64,000 nucleotides of DNA, from positions 1-64,000 of IMG/VR virus record IMGVR_UViG_3300035181_001055, one strand, 5' to 3'. Every line of letters starts with the position of its first letter. Position 1 is the stretch's first letter. The position numbers and the translations under genes are program-made. The notes below the pieces were generated by a model that did no database searches, was not told where the DNA came from, and saw only the letters and a program-made list of their open reading frames with translations. This stretch comes from a virus. Positions 41,069-52,096 of this stretch are shown piece by piece.

Positions 41069-42883
41069 ATGAAATCATTTCCCATAGATGGTTTGGATTT
41101 CGACGAAATAAAATCAAATTTCATCGAATTTCTTAAACAAGACGCAGCGTACAAAGATTACAATTTTGACGCTAGCGGAATAAGTTCTCTTATTAACATC
41201 TTCGCCTACAATGCGCATTACATTGGATACTACGTGAAAATGCTTTTGAATGAGAGCTTCATTGATAGCGCAACACAGCGCGAAACATTGCTTAGCAAAG
41301 CGAAGTTGAATGGGTATATCCCGAAAGGTGTAAGAAGCGCTAGAGCTCGTGTCATTCTGACATGCGACGCTGATATCTCGCAAGATCCTGAGAAAAAAAG
41401 CGTCATAATCCCTCGAGGGAGCTATTTCTCAGGTGCAAATACAAATAATGATAGCAGAACATTCTATGTAATCGACGATGTTATATGTTACAATAGAGAA
41501 GAATATAATGGCCCTAATAATGTTCGATTCGTTCGCTATACTTCTCCTGAATTCACTGTTTATGAAGGAGTGATGAAAAAATGGAGATTCGTAGTAAATT
41601 CGTCAGAAATCAATCAGCGATTTATCATAAAAGACGCAACAGTTGATATTGACACACTTCGAATAGACGTATATAATGATTCAAATAGCACAGAAAAAAC
41701 AGAATTCAAGTTAGCTAGCAATCTTTTTGATTTGCAACCTGATAGTAAAGTTTTCTATATAAGCACCAATGAAGACGGTTACTACGAAATATTTTTCGGT
41801 AATGATCAATTTGGAGCTAAATTAGGAAACGGAAATATGATTGAAGCCAGCTACCTTAGCTCAAAAGGAGAATCTGGCAATGGATGCAAAACCATGACGT
41901 ATGTTCAGCCGCCACAGTCCATATACACTAGAAATACCACTGCATTCTTTTCCATATTCTCAACCAATGTGACAGAAGTTAGTAATGGTGGTATGGATGA
42001 AGAAACCATAGATGATTTAAGATTCAATATACCAAATCATTACCGTCGTCAGAATAGAATTGTAACTGAAAGTGATTATAGAAGTATATTGTTAAATGAG
42101 TTTAGAAATATTGATAGCATAAATGTGTGGGGTGGCGAAAAAAATTATACACGAGAATATGGAACTGTTTTTATTTGCATAAAACCAAAGTACGGATTGA
42201 CTCTAAGCGGCTACGCTCGAGAGGAAATTGAGCAGATACTAACGAAATATGGCGTTGTAGGAATTCAGCAAAAGATTGTTGATCCAGAATATTTGAAATT
42301 GGATATAAACCTATTTGTAAAGTATAACTCATCAGTCACGTATAAAAGCATAGGTGAAATCGAAAGTCTGGTATATGATATGGCTGTATCATATGGAAAA
42401 GAAAAACTCGATAAGTTTGACGCAGGGTTAAGTGAAGTTGACTTCTTGGACTATATTCGTCAAAGCGAGCCATCAATAACGAGAATTTACAGCACGAAAA
42501 CGATGTCTAAAGACGTTACAATCATATATCGTGCATCAACTGAACATATAGTTATTTTTGGAAACAAGATTGTTCAAGGAAGTTTGAAGAGCTCAGTGTT
42601 TACTTACGGAATGAACAAATGCAGTATATCTGATGACGGGAGCGGCAGTCTTTGGGTGATGAGCAACGGAGATAAGCTGATTAATAAACCGATCGGGACA
42701 ATTGATTATGAAAACGGGATCGTTAAATTTATACTTGACATCGACATTATTAGCGACACCGATTACAATAAAACTAGAGGGTTGATTGAGTTCACAGCAA
42801 ATCCAGCTCTAAATGATATCGATACTTATTTGAATAATATAATCATATTCAACAATGTCAATGTGAATGTAACTTATGCGTAA
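41069..42883 (+). CDS. gp6: Baseplate wedge subunit
   Basis: LDFDEIK, DYNFDASG, AYNAHY, NESFIDSA, QNRIVT..DY, VWGGE. Confidence 0.93.
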   Translation: MKSFPIDGLDFDEIKSNFIEFLKQDAAYKDYNFDASGISSLINIFAYNAHYIGYYVKMLLNESFIDSATQRETLLSKAKLNGYIPKGVRSARARVILTCDADISQDPEKKSVIIPRGSYFSGANTNNDSRTFYVIDDVICYNREEYNGPNNVRFVRYTSPEFTVYEGVMKKWRFVVNSSEINQRFIIKDATVDIDTLRIDVYNDSNSTEKTEFKLASNLFDLQPDSKVFYISTNEDGYYEIFFGNDQFGAKLGNGNMIEASYLSSKGESGNGCKTMTYVQPPQSIYTRNTTAFFSIFSTNVTEVSNGGMDEETIDDLRFNIPNHYRRQNRIVTESDYRSILLNEFRNIDSINVWGGEKNYTREYGTVFICIKPKYGLTLSGYAREEIEQILTKYGVVGIQQKIVDPEYLKLDINLFVKYNSSVTYKSIGEIESLVYDMAVSYGKEKLDKFDAGLSEVDFLDYIRQSEPSITRIYSTKTMSKDVTIIYRASTEHIVIFGNKIVQGSLKSSVFTYGMNKCSISDDGSGSLWVMSNGDKLINKPIGTIDYENGIVKFILDIDIISDTDYNKTRGLIEFTANPALNDIDTYLNNIIIFNNVNVNVTYA

Positions 42884-44504
42884 TCCATTATACCCTAAGA
42901 TAGAAAGCAGAATTCCTAATTTTATAACAGAGGAATATCCTGCTGCGCATAAATTAATAGTCGATTTTTACAAATGGCTGGAAGAAGACGAAAATTTCGT
43001 TCGCGTCCTAACAGAATTTAGAGAAGGCCAGGAAGTAAACAATCAAATCGAGCCTTACATTGACTATATCATATCTGAGCTAGGATGGATATTTGATCGC
43101 CCGTTAACTATTAGCAAAAGCGCATTAGTTTCATCGCTAAGAGATTTCTATCTGAGTAGAGGAAATGAAAATAGTTTCAAATACCTTTTCAGGGTTTTAT
43201 TTGGAGAAGAAGTAAGCATAAATTACCCAAGAAATCGACTATTCACTCTAAGTGATGCTAACTACAGCATAGATCATTGGATTTTGACATCCGCAAATAA
43301 TCTCGGAACTGCTTTGTTTGATGAAATTGTCGGAGGAGACTCATTAAGCATAACGGTAACAGGTATGAGAAGCGGCACATCGCTTTCAATAGAGAAAGTA
43401 ATTCCGTTCATATATGACAGCAAACAGTATTTGAAAATAATGGTCAATGAAACAAACCTAGATTTCATACCAAATGAAACCGTCGAAATATCTAATGGCG
43501 AAAACTATGTTCTTGAAACAATTTTTGCATGCACAAAAATAAACATCAAGAACTCTGGCACTTTGTATAATCCAGGAGATATTATTTCAGTTCAAGGATC
43601 AGAGATAAAAGGATTTGCTAAAGTAAAGAGCATCTATGGAGGCGGAATATCAAGCGTCTCAATCATTAACCCAGGGTCAGGCTATACTGTAGGCGATCAA
43701 ATAAAAACCAGTTTCGTTGAAGAAGGATGGGGATTCTTCGCGACTGTCAGTGAAGTTGGAGCTAATGGCGAAATACAAGACGTAAAAATATGGAGTCCTG
43801 GCTACGATTATGTCAAGATACCAATTTTAACAATAACGTCGTTAGGCGGTCATGGCGCTTCTATTTCAGCTCATAGCGAAAATATCGGCGGAATAAAAAC
43901 AGCAGATATAATCGATCAATATTGGAAATATAACATACCAAATCCAACAGCTGTAGTTAATAGCGCAACTGGAACAGGAGCAGAAATAGATGTTGACATA
44001 AGCGGTTGTGTGAGCAGAGACACATCATCATATAAGAATACTAATGGATTTCTAGAAACTAACTGTATACTACATGATAGCGATTATTTCCAAAATTTCT
44101 CATATGAAGTTCATAGCAAAGTTGCGTCTGTAAGGTTCAATGATGCAGTAGATGACTTGCTGCACCCAGTAGGTTATAAGAGATACAATGTTTATCTGGA
44201 CGAATTATCAATCGCATTCCCGCAAATTGAAGGGTTTAGCGAAATCATAATAATCAAGAATCTCACACTGCCTTCTCTAAATACACAGGCTCCTCAATCT
44301 TATCTATATGATTGGGCATTTATTGACCAATCGAAGAAAAGCACAATTTTCAGCATAAATAATCTAGAGATGTTGAAATTTTCACCGAATCTAACTTATC
44401 AAAATAGCAATTTCGGTTCATTGACAACAGATGTATTCAACGTGCGGAATGACACAGTTGAATCTAGAACTATTGATCCTGAAATTTCTATCACAACGGT
44501 CTGA
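42876..44504 (+). CDS. Baseplate wedge subunit (gp7-like)
   Basis: FY.SRG.E.SF.YLFR.LFGE, LHDSDYFQNFSY, LLHPVG; position between gp6 and gp8. Confidence 0.7.
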   Translation: MRNPLYPKIESRIPNFITEEYPAAHKLIVDFYKWLEEDENFVRVLTEFREGQEVNNQIEPYIDYIISELGWIFDRPLTISKSALVSSLRDFYLSRGNENSFKYLFRVLFGEEVSINYPRNRLFTLSDANYSIDHWILTSANNLGTALFDEIVGGDSLSITVTGMRSGTSLSIEKVIPFIYDSKQYLKIMVNETNLDFIPNETVEISNGENYVLETIFACTKINIKNSGTLYNPGDIISVQGSEIKGFAKVKSIYGGGISSVSIINPGSGYTVGDQIKTSFVEEGWGFFATVSEVGANGEIQDVKIWSPGYDYVKIPILTITSLGGHGASISAHSENIGGIKTADIIDQYWKYNIPNPTAVVNSATGTGAEIDVDISGCVSRDTSSYKNTNGFLETNCILHDSDYFQNFSYEVHSKVASVRFNDAVDDLLHPVGYKRYNVYLDELSIAFPQIEGFSEIIIIKNLTLPSLNTQAPQSYLYDWAFIDQSKKSTIFSINNLEMLKFSPNLTYQNSNFGSLTTDVFNVRNDTVESRTIDPEISITTV

Positions 44505-44512
44505 GGGACATT

Positions 44513-46072
44513 ATGCCAGCAAAATTTAGTCAAAATATTCGTAGTTTTACAAGCAACAGCTTTTTGAATTCCCTGCGCTCTAAAAAGCCAGACGCATGGG
44601 CTTCAGGTATGACGGTGACTGCTGGAAAAGTAGTCTATTACGACAAAGCAAAGTATGCAGCTACAACTTCAGGGATAACAGGCGGGAATCCCCCAACACA
44701 TCTTAGCGGCATTCAAAGCGACGGCGGCGTTAATTGGGTCTTTGTTGAAGCTATGCCATTCAATAATAGCTTCCAGGGCAATCTATATTTGTTCACTGGC
44801 AAGAAAACCGCATGGCAAGATGAAAATAACCCACCAATTCCTGTAACAACTGATGCGCAAGATTACACAACACTAAATGATATCATTGGACTAAAAGGAA
44901 TTTCGAGCGATAATATCAAATTGGGCGTTGCTAGAAATAACTGGACAAGTGGAGCTGTATACTCACAGTATGACAGTAACAAAGATCCTTTCGATCCTAC
45001 AGCATATACCAATCCATTTTTCGTTGTCACCGATGAGCTCAACATTTACAAATGTCTAAACAATAATAACAATTCGCCATCAACAAGCAAACCGACTGGC
45101 ACTAGCACTTCGATTATAAACCTTTCTGACGGATACTCATGGAAGTACATGGGATCTGTTAGCAGCCAAGATGCTGCTAATTTCTTAACAAGCGATTTCA
45201 TCCCTATTGAATACAAATCATATGACGATGGCTCTGAACAATGGAATGTACAGCAAACCGCAAAAGTAAAGAGTATTAGCACTTTCAAAATTCTATTGCA
45301 AACAGGGACTTTTTCCTCTCCAGTTGTAACTGTTGTAGGCGCAGGGAGCAACGCGAATGCATTCGCAACTAAAACACCAACAAATACAATTAATCAAGTC
45401 TTGCTAACTGATCCTGGAAGCGGGTACGACTCTGAGACTTATGCAGTTGTTGAAGAAAGCGGCTCTAGTGGGTCAGGTGCAATTGTAACAGTTTCGGCGA
45501 TAGATCCCACCACTGGAGCAATCCAAACATTCACTGTCAACAATCCAGGCAGCGGCTATACAAACGGAGCCATCGCTTTAATCACAGGTGATGGGACTGG
45601 CGCGACAGCAACAGCGACAGTTGCCGCTGACGGATCTATTCAATCCGTTAATATAACAAATGGCGGCACTGGTTATACAACAGCTAAAGTGTGGATCATC
45701 CCTGGGAGCGCAGGAGCTGTTGCGAAAGCAGTTTTGGCGCCAATGAATGGGCATGGTAGCAATATCACATGTGAACTAGGAGCATCAACAGCTATCATTA
45801 GTGCAACTCTCGAGAGCGACAGCCCTTATTTCCCAAACGGAGCTTCGAACGCATTTCGTCAAATAGGTATCATAACTGATATTGAGGATTCTTCTGGATT
45901 CGCATACTCTCCTTACTACATAGGACCAGCTCATCCTGATTTCACAAATAACTCTAGCACTCTAAATAAAATTGTTGCTGGGAAAGGGTATATCATTTAC
46001 TTGAGCAATATTATGAGCGTTACTCGAACAGACGGGCAAGAAGAGCATATAAAAGTTGCAATTGTATTCTGA
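44513..46072 (+). CDS. gp8: Baseplate wedge subunit
   Basis: RNNWTSG..Y..YD, NIYKCL.NN, DGYSWKY, RQIGII, YLSN...R. Confidence 0.85.
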   Translation: MPAKFSQNIRSFTSNSFLNSLRSKKPDAWASGMTVTAGKVVYYDKAKYAATTSGITGGNPPTHLSGIQSDGGVNWVFVEAMPFNNSFQGNLYLFTGKKTAWQDENNPPIPVTTDAQDYTTLNDIIGLKGISSDNIKLGVARNNWTSGAVYSQYDSNKDPFDPTAYTNPFFVVTDELNIYKCLNNNNNSPSTSKPTGTSTSIINLSDGYSWKYMGSVSSQDAANFLTSDFIPIEYKSYDDGSEQWNVQQTAKVKSISTFKILLQTGTFSSPVVTVVGAGSNANAFATKTPTNTINQVLLTDPGSGYDSETYAVVEESGSSGSGAIVTVSAIDPTTGAIQTFTVNNPGSGYTNGAIALITGDGTGATATATVAADGSIQSVNITNGGTGYTTAKVWIIPGSAGAVAKAVLAPMNGHGSNITCELGASTAIISATLESDSPYFPNGASNAFRQIGIITDIEDSSGFAYSPYYIGPAHPDFTNNSSTLNKIVAGKGYIIYLSNIMSVTRTDGQEEHIKVAIVF

Positions 46073-46073
46073 G

Positions 46074-46081
46074 AATAAATA
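46074..46081 (+). promoter_or_regulatory. Late promoter variant (AATAAATA)
   Basis: Intergenic, upstream of 46113. Confidence 0.5.
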
Positions 46082-46112
46082 AAATCAAAGTATTTCAGAA
46101 AGTCAGTCAATT

Positions 46113-49100
46113 ATGTCAATAAACGTTAACAAACAACCTTATTTCGATGATTTCGACGGCAACAAGAATTTTGTTAGCATTCTTTTTAAGCCGTCGAAGC
46201 CAGTGCAAACGCGCGAGTTGAATCAAATTCAAAGCATACAACATCATCAGCTCGAAAGATTTGCTGACCATGTTTTCAAGCACGGAGCTCTAATTAACGG
46301 GAATGCCCCTAAGAAGCTCGATACACCTTATGTTACGTTAGAAGCGAATAGCCCGTGGGACAACTCTCCTCTGAACCTCGATAGACTAAACGGAAAAGTT
46401 CTTAGAGGAAGAACTAGCCAAATCGAGGCGATTTTGGTCAAATCTGTCCCGATGACAGGCAATGACCCGAATACAATATATGTCAATTACACTCTAACTG
46501 CAGTTGACCAAAAAACGCATGTTTTCTTGAATGGAGAAGTAATCGACATCGTTGATAATAACGGCATTGTCACATATAGCTGTAAAGTTCGTTGCCCAAC
46601 GTGTGCAGGAAGCAATGATCCTCTTGCAAATTTGCCACCTACTGGAAAAGGGACTCTATGGAGCATACCTGAAAGCACTTACTATGTTAGCGGATATTTC
46701 GTCGATGTTGGACCCGACATCTTAGTAGCGGAAAAATACTCAACCGATAAAGAAAGTTATACTATCGGGTTTGACGTAGTTTTCGATATCGTAACAGCTG
46801 ACGACGATCCTAGTCTATATGATAATGCGCTAGGTTATCCGAATTATTCTGCTAGCGGTGCAGATCGAGCGAGAATTCGTTTGATTCCTGCTGTTCGTTC
46901 AACTAATTATTCAGACGGAGAAAATTTCGTAACGCTTGCTCGAGTCATTAAAGGCATTACCCAATATGTTACAACGAAAACAGATTATGCTGCTCTCATG
47001 GACACGCTTGCCGAAAGAACTTACGACCAAAGTGGGAATTATACTGTAATACCATTCCAAGTAAAATTCTTTGAGCATCTTAAAAAGAGCGCTGACGACC
47101 CTAACGGATATTTCACCGTCGACGAAGGTGGGAATGATAATTTGATGGTTGGAATCGTTAGCCCTGGGAAAGCGTATGTAAAAGGCTATCAAGTAGAACG
47201 AATTTCAGAGTCAATGGTTTTTCTTGACAAGGCAAGAGAAACGAAGAAGCTTCGCAATCAATTCAATAGATTCAGCAGTCTAAACTATGTACTTGTAACC
47301 CTTGACAATAATAGCTCATTTGCTCCAATTGGGTTATCAGGGTCTGGAATTTTCACTAATGAATCTGTTGATCTTTATGATGGAGCTATAAGCGGAAATC
47401 TCCCTACAGGAGCCATCATCGGAAAAATGAAAGTTTATGATGTTGAATATGATTCAACTGTAAGCGGCGTCGATCGTTATCGTCTATATGTCGCTAATAT
47501 TAGTATGAATCCAACAAAGACATATGACATGGTCAAGAGTCTCCATTATACAGGGGCAGTTTATTTTGCAGCATCAACTGTAAATGATGATTTGACAAAT
47601 AACCCCAAAATTTACAATAGTAACTCAACAGCTCTTATTTGGGATATTGGATGCTCTAATGTCAAGAGCTTGCATGACGCTGACAACCCAACAGTTAGCA
47701 GCATAAGTTATACGAGACGTCAGAAATTTAGCGCAACTCTAGATTCATCAGGAAGCTATACATTCAATGCAGGAACAAATGAAGTTTTTGATTCAGCTAA
47801 TCCGACGTATACTCTGTGCGGCGTAGTTGGAAGCAACGGCGCATTTACGAAACTCCCGCTATCAAATCTAACGATAACACCGAGTTCTATTCAAATCAAT
47901 GCCCCTTCGTATGCAGGAAAGACTTTTATACTATTCCATGGCGTCATAACCAGCAATGCAATTGAAAAGACAAAAACGCTGGTTAATAAAGTTGACACGG
48001 GGTTGCATCTAATTCAAGGGGCATTAACTCTGACGAAATCAGACCTATTCAAGTTGACAAGCATAACTACTTACAATCCAAATTCGCCTAACAATAAGAC
48101 AGATGTCACTAATTATTTTACATGGACAACGGGGCAAACCGACGATGCTTATGTGCCTATCGTTGCTACAGCAAATTCAAACGCTCCTAGTTGGGACGCT
48201 AACAATAGATTTGAAGTGACTTATACTTACTACGAACACAGCCCAGGCGATTTCTTTATTGTTGACAGCTACAGAAATATCATCGACGATACAAGCACAG
48301 AATACGGATACGAGGATATCCCTTACTATAAGTCATCATCTGGCGTAACATACGACATGAGGACATCATTTGATTTCCGCCCTCTAATTCTAGACACATC
48401 GCCAGTCGACGCAAAACAGCCTTCATTTAACGGCATCTATAAGGCGGACATTGAATATTATCTCCCGCGTATTGACATGATCGTCATTAACAAAGATGGC
48501 GACATTTTTCAGAAAAAAGGCATTAGTAGCGAATCTCCTGTTCCGCCAAGAATCGAAAGCGGAGACGAAATGGCGATTTACCAAGTTAATATGAAGCCTT
48601 TCGTGTATGATATCAAAAAAGATGTGACAATAAAGTTTATTGAGAATAAACGCTATACGATGCGCGACATTGGTCGGATAGAAGAGCGCATATCAAATAT
48701 TGAGTATCAGACTGTATTCTCTCTCTTAGAGAAACAATCAGCCGATATGTCTATTAAAGACGCAAATGGATTTGATAGATTCAAAAACGGATTCATTGTC
48801 GACAACTTCATGAATTATCAAGCTGCTGATTTAGGCAGCAATGAGTTCAGGGCAGCTCTCGACAGAAAAGCAGCAGAACTTCGCCCATCGTACACTATGT
48901 TCAATACAAAATTTGATCTCGATGAAGCTGTCACTAAAAATGCCAGAGTTCTAGGCACGATAGCATTGATTGATTACGATAGCGTAACTTTGAACGGCCA
49001 GCCATATGCAAGTAAACATATTTCTGTCAACCCATACTCAATATATGAGAAAAAAGGAAAAATGGTCTTGTCGCCAAACAATGATAGCTGGTGCGACGTT

Positions 49101-51899
49101 AATCGTGAACCTAATATGGTTGTCAGCGTTGATACTGGCATCGACGCTATCAATAAGATAGCTCAAAAATCTGGAGTCTTAGGAACGGAATGGGGCGCCT
49201 GGGGCGTGATGAACACGACTATTAGTAGTCGCACAACCTCTGAGCCATGGTCCTCGTCGTCTACAAAAAACTGGACATCTTCATCCATCACAGGAAGTTG
49301 GTCAAATGGCAGCATTGGCGGATATTCTGTACATAATATCGGAGGAACAACGACAACTACAGTTGGAGGGACGCAGACAACTACAGTCACAACAACAACT
49401 CAAGTTCTGAAACGTGACGGCATTCGCACTACATTTGATACGAGAACAAGAGCGTATGATTTAGGAGACAGAGTAACCGATATCAACATTATACCTTATA
49501 TGAGGTCTATAAATGTTGAGTTTCACGCCACTGGAATGAAACCCAATACGAGACTCTATGCTTTCTTTGACGGCGTCGATGTCACAAGCGATTGCAGACC
49601 TCTTTCGAACGGGTCTGAATACGGAAGCAGCTTGGTTGTTGACAGTGACGGGAATGTGTCTGGTGTATTCAGAATCCCTAGCGGTCGTTTCTTCAATGGG
49701 CAGAAAACATTCAGATTAACTAACGATCCTAAGGATAGCCGCGACCCTGATTTGCTAATGACAAGCGCAGAAGCAATTTACTGGGCTGGAGGCGTTGATA
49801 TTAGCAAACAATCAACAACAATGAATGTCATAACGCCGACATTCGTTGACACTGCGGTTTCTGAAACAACTCAGAACGTAAACACAACAGTAAGCACTGC
49901 AAGATCTCAAAATTGGAGCGTAACATCATCAGCAATAGATTGGCAAAATTCCACACAAGTAACGAAACGGACACCGCCTCCTCCGCCTCCTCCGCCTCCA
50001 GCCGTATACCCGCATCCTGGTTTCATTCTTCCTCCGCAGCAGCCGCTACCGATTTCGATCCAGTATTCAATGTTTAGGTGCGCCGACCCGCTAGCACAGA
50101 CATTCCACATTGATGCTGATTGCTTTATAACTGAAGTTGATTTATGGTTCCATTCAGTTTCTGAATCTGATGTCATTTTTGTTCAGATAAAGAACACAGA
50201 GAATGGGTACCCAGGAGAAGTTGTCTTAGGAGAAACTATACTGAATTGGGATAAAATTAATGCAGATACTTCTGGAGTTGCCTCAACTCGTGTAACATTC
50301 CCCTATCCGATTTTTGTCGAAGGTGGGAAAGACTACGCGCTCATAGTCGGCGGAAACACCCCTGATACTAGAGTTTGGATTTCTGTTCTAGGCCAAGAAG
50401 ATGTCACGAGACCAGGATTCATAATTGACAAGCAACCTTCTCTCGGATCTCTTTTCAAATCTCAGAACAACTCAACTTGGACCGCGAGTCAGGATGAGGA
50501 TTTGAAATATGCCATGTATTGTGCATACTTCAAATATGATGAAATGACTCTTGGTCTCAAGAATTCAAAACTACTAGACGAAACTATTGTTTTCAATCCA
50601 TTTGAAACACAGCAAGGAAGCCGAAAAGTTCGAGTACATGCTAATAATCACGGCGCAGCAGTTGGCGATAAAACGAACTTCAAAATTGGCGAGTTCACAT
50701 GGCTCAATGTTTCGCCTACTAGCGGTCAGTTAGTCGAAGGTCAAACGATTGTTTCTGCCACAGGGTCAGCAATAGTAAAAGAAGTTAAAACTAAACAAGA
50801 CAATACCGTCGATTGTGAGCTGTCAGAAATAAAAGGACATTTTGTAGCAGGACAATCTTTTAGCGCTCAGAGCATAACTCCTAAGTTGAATGATGAGTAC
50901 CTCATAACTAACTTCACTCAAATACCTATAAAAATAGGACCTAGCAATGTGGTGAATGGGGTAATAAACCAAGATTTCAATATAGATATAAATGGAATAC
51001 CACTTGATGAATTGAATGATGAATTGACTATTCTCGCTGTTGATAGCGCAGATAGCTTTATAGTTGAAGTTAATACGCCCGCATCATCGACTGGATTTGC
51101 TGGTGGCAATGTCATTATCAACTCGAATCAGCGCTACGAAATGTTCAACGTCAGCGGAAGCTTTATGTCAAATGGAACAGATTATTCATGGAGTTTGAGC
51201 GGCATTGGACACAAATGCAATGGCCTATTCGAATCGCAAGATTACGTTCGACTCGATCCTAAAGTATTTACATTAGGACAAGACGCATTCGTTGGTCAGC
51301 CATACAAATTCGCAAACAGCTTGAATGAAACAAGAAAGCTTGCAGGCGATTCGAGTATAAAGATAACTGGAAATTTCAAAACAAAAAATCCCTTGGTAAG
51401 TCCCGTCATTAATTTAGACACTTTCAATATGGTAGGTGTTGCAAACAGAGTCGAATTTATTGACCCTTCGTCATATTCGGTTGAGCCAAACGCTCTCAAT
51501 CAGCTGGTTCCAGAAACTGACCCGATGAACGGAAGCGAAGCATTCAAATATGTGACACGCACGCTTACACTTCAAAACCCAGCACTTGACGCAAAAATTC
51601 TAGTAGATGCATATAAGCCTGTTGATTCCGACTTTGATATATACGTGAAGGTTCTCAATCCGTGGGAGAGAGTTGACATCGATACGAAGCCGTGGATTCT
51701 AATTGAAAATGTATGGAAAGATTTCATTAGCACGAGCCTGGATGACTTCCGTGAAGTTGAATTCAATATAGCGGACTTGATGCCGACTGTTTTTGGTAGC
51801 AACGAATTCAGCTCATTTAAGGTAAAAATTGTCGGAAGAGCTAAGAACCCTGCTAATCCTCCATTGTTCAAGAACTTCCGCGCATTGGCAGTGACATGA
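46113..51899 (+). CDS. Large virion structural protein, VrlC/DUF4815-like
   Basis: PYFDDFD, KP..PVQ.RELNQ.QSI, PGKAYV.GY, DRFKNGF.VDNF, DPLAQTF. Confidence 0.85.
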   Translation: MSINVNKQPYFDDFDGNKNFVSILFKPSKPVQTRELNQIQSIQHHQLERFADHVFKHGALINGNAPKKLDTPYVTLEANSPWDNSPLNLDRLNGKVLRGRTSQIEAILVKSVPMTGNDPNTIYVNYTLTAVDQKTHVFLNGEVIDIVDNNGIVTYSCKVRCPTCAGSNDPLANLPPTGKGTLWSIPESTYYVSGYFVDVGPDILVAEKYSTDKESYTIGFDVVFDIVTADDDPSLYDNALGYPNYSASGADRARIRLIPAVRSTNYSDGENFVTLARVIKGITQYVTTKTDYAALMDTLAERTYDQSGNYTVIPFQVKFFEHLKKSADDPNGYFTVDEGGNDNLMVGIVSPGKAYVKGYQVERISESMVFLDKARETKKLRNQFNRFSSLNYVLVTLDNNSSFAPIGLSGSGIFTNESVDLYDGAISGNLPTGAIIGKMKVYDVEYDSTVSGVDRYRLYVANISMNPTKTYDMVKSLHYTGAVYFAASTVNDDLTNNPKIYNSNSTALIWDIGCSNVKSLHDADNPTVSSISYTRRQKFSATLDSSGSYTFNAGTNEVFDSANPTYTLCGVVGSNGAFTKLPLSNLTITPSSIQINAPSYAGKTFILFHGVITSNAIEKTKTLVNKVDTGLHLIQGALTLTKSDLFKLTSITTYNPNSPNNKTDVTNYFTWTTGQTDDAYVPIVATANSNAPSWDANNRFEVTYTYYEHSPGDFFIVDSYRNIIDDTSTEYGYEDIPYYKSSSGVTYDMRTSFDFRPLILDTSPVDAKQPSFNGIYKADIEYYLPRIDMIVINKDGDIFQKKGISSESPVPPRIESGDEMAIYQVNMKPFVYDIKKDVTIKFIENKRYTMRDIGRIEERISNIEYQTVFSLLEKQSADMSIKDANGFDRFKNGFIVDNFMNYQAADLGSNEFRAALDRKAAELRPSYTMFNTKFDLDEAVTKNARVLGTIALIDYDSVTLNGQPYASKHISVNPYSIYEKKGKMVLSPNNDSWCDVNREPNMVVSVDTGIDAINKIAQKSGVLGTEWGAWGVMNTTISSRTTSEPWSSSSTKNWTSSSITGSWSNGSIGGYSVHNIGGTTTTTVGGTQTTTVTTTTQVLKRDGIRTTFDTRTRAYDLGDRVTDINIIPYMRSINVEFHATGMKPNTRLYAFFDGVDVTSDCRPLSNGSEYGSSLVVDSDGNVSGVFRIPSGRFFNGQKTFRLTNDPKDSRDPDLLMTSAEAIYWAGGVDISKQSTTMNVITPTFVDTAVSETTQNVNTTVSTARSQNWSVTSSAIDWQNSTQVTKRTPPPPPPPPPAVYPHPGFILPPQQPLPISIQYSMFRCADPLAQTFHIDADCFITEVDLWFHSVSESDVIFVQIKNTENGYPGEVVLGETILNWDKINADTSGVASTRVTFPYPIFVEGGKDYALIVGGNTPDTRVWISVLGQEDVTRPGFIIDKQPSLGSLFKSQNNSTWTASQDEDLKYAMYCAYFKYDEMTLGLKNSKLLDETIVFNPFETQQGSRKVRVHANNHGAAVGDKTNFKIGEFTWLNVSPTSGQLVEGQTIVSATGSAIVKEVKTKQDNTVDCELSEIKGHFVAGQSFSAQSITPKLNDEYLITNFTQIPIKIGPSNVVNGVINQDFNIDINGIPLDELNDELTILAVDSADSFIVEVNTPASSTGFAGGNVIINSNQRYEMFNVSGSFMSNGTDYSWSLSGIGHKCNGLFESQDYVRLDPKVFTLGQDAFVGQPYKFANSLNETRKLAGDSSIKITGNFKTKNPLVSPVINLDTFNMVGVANRVEFIDPSSYSVEPNALNQLVPETDPMNGSEAFKYVTRTLTLQNPALDAKILVDAYKPVDSDFDIYVKVLNPWERVDIDTKPWILIENVWKDFISTSLDDFREVEFNIADLMPTVFGSNEFSSFKVKIVGRAKNPANPPLFKNFRALAVT

Positions 51900-52096
51900 G
51901 AGAAGAAGTCGTAAAAGATAACAGAGACTATGTTCGTATAGACGGCAGTTTTATTGTTAATAGAAACGATAAAGACTACCGCGCAGCTTTGTTGAGAAGA
52001 AAAACGAGCAATAGACTCGAGTCAATCGAAAAGAGAGTTGATAGTTTAGAATCTAAACTAGACCAAATCATCAAACTACTGAGCGAGAAAATCTAA
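51896..52096 (+). CDS. Small coiled-coil virion-module protein
   Basis: IVNRNDKDY...L..IEKRV..LE.KLD.II.LL. Confidence 0.7.
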   Translation: MREEVVKDNRDYVRIDGSFIVNRNDKDYRAALLRRKTSNRLESIEKRVDSLESKLDQIIKLLSEKI

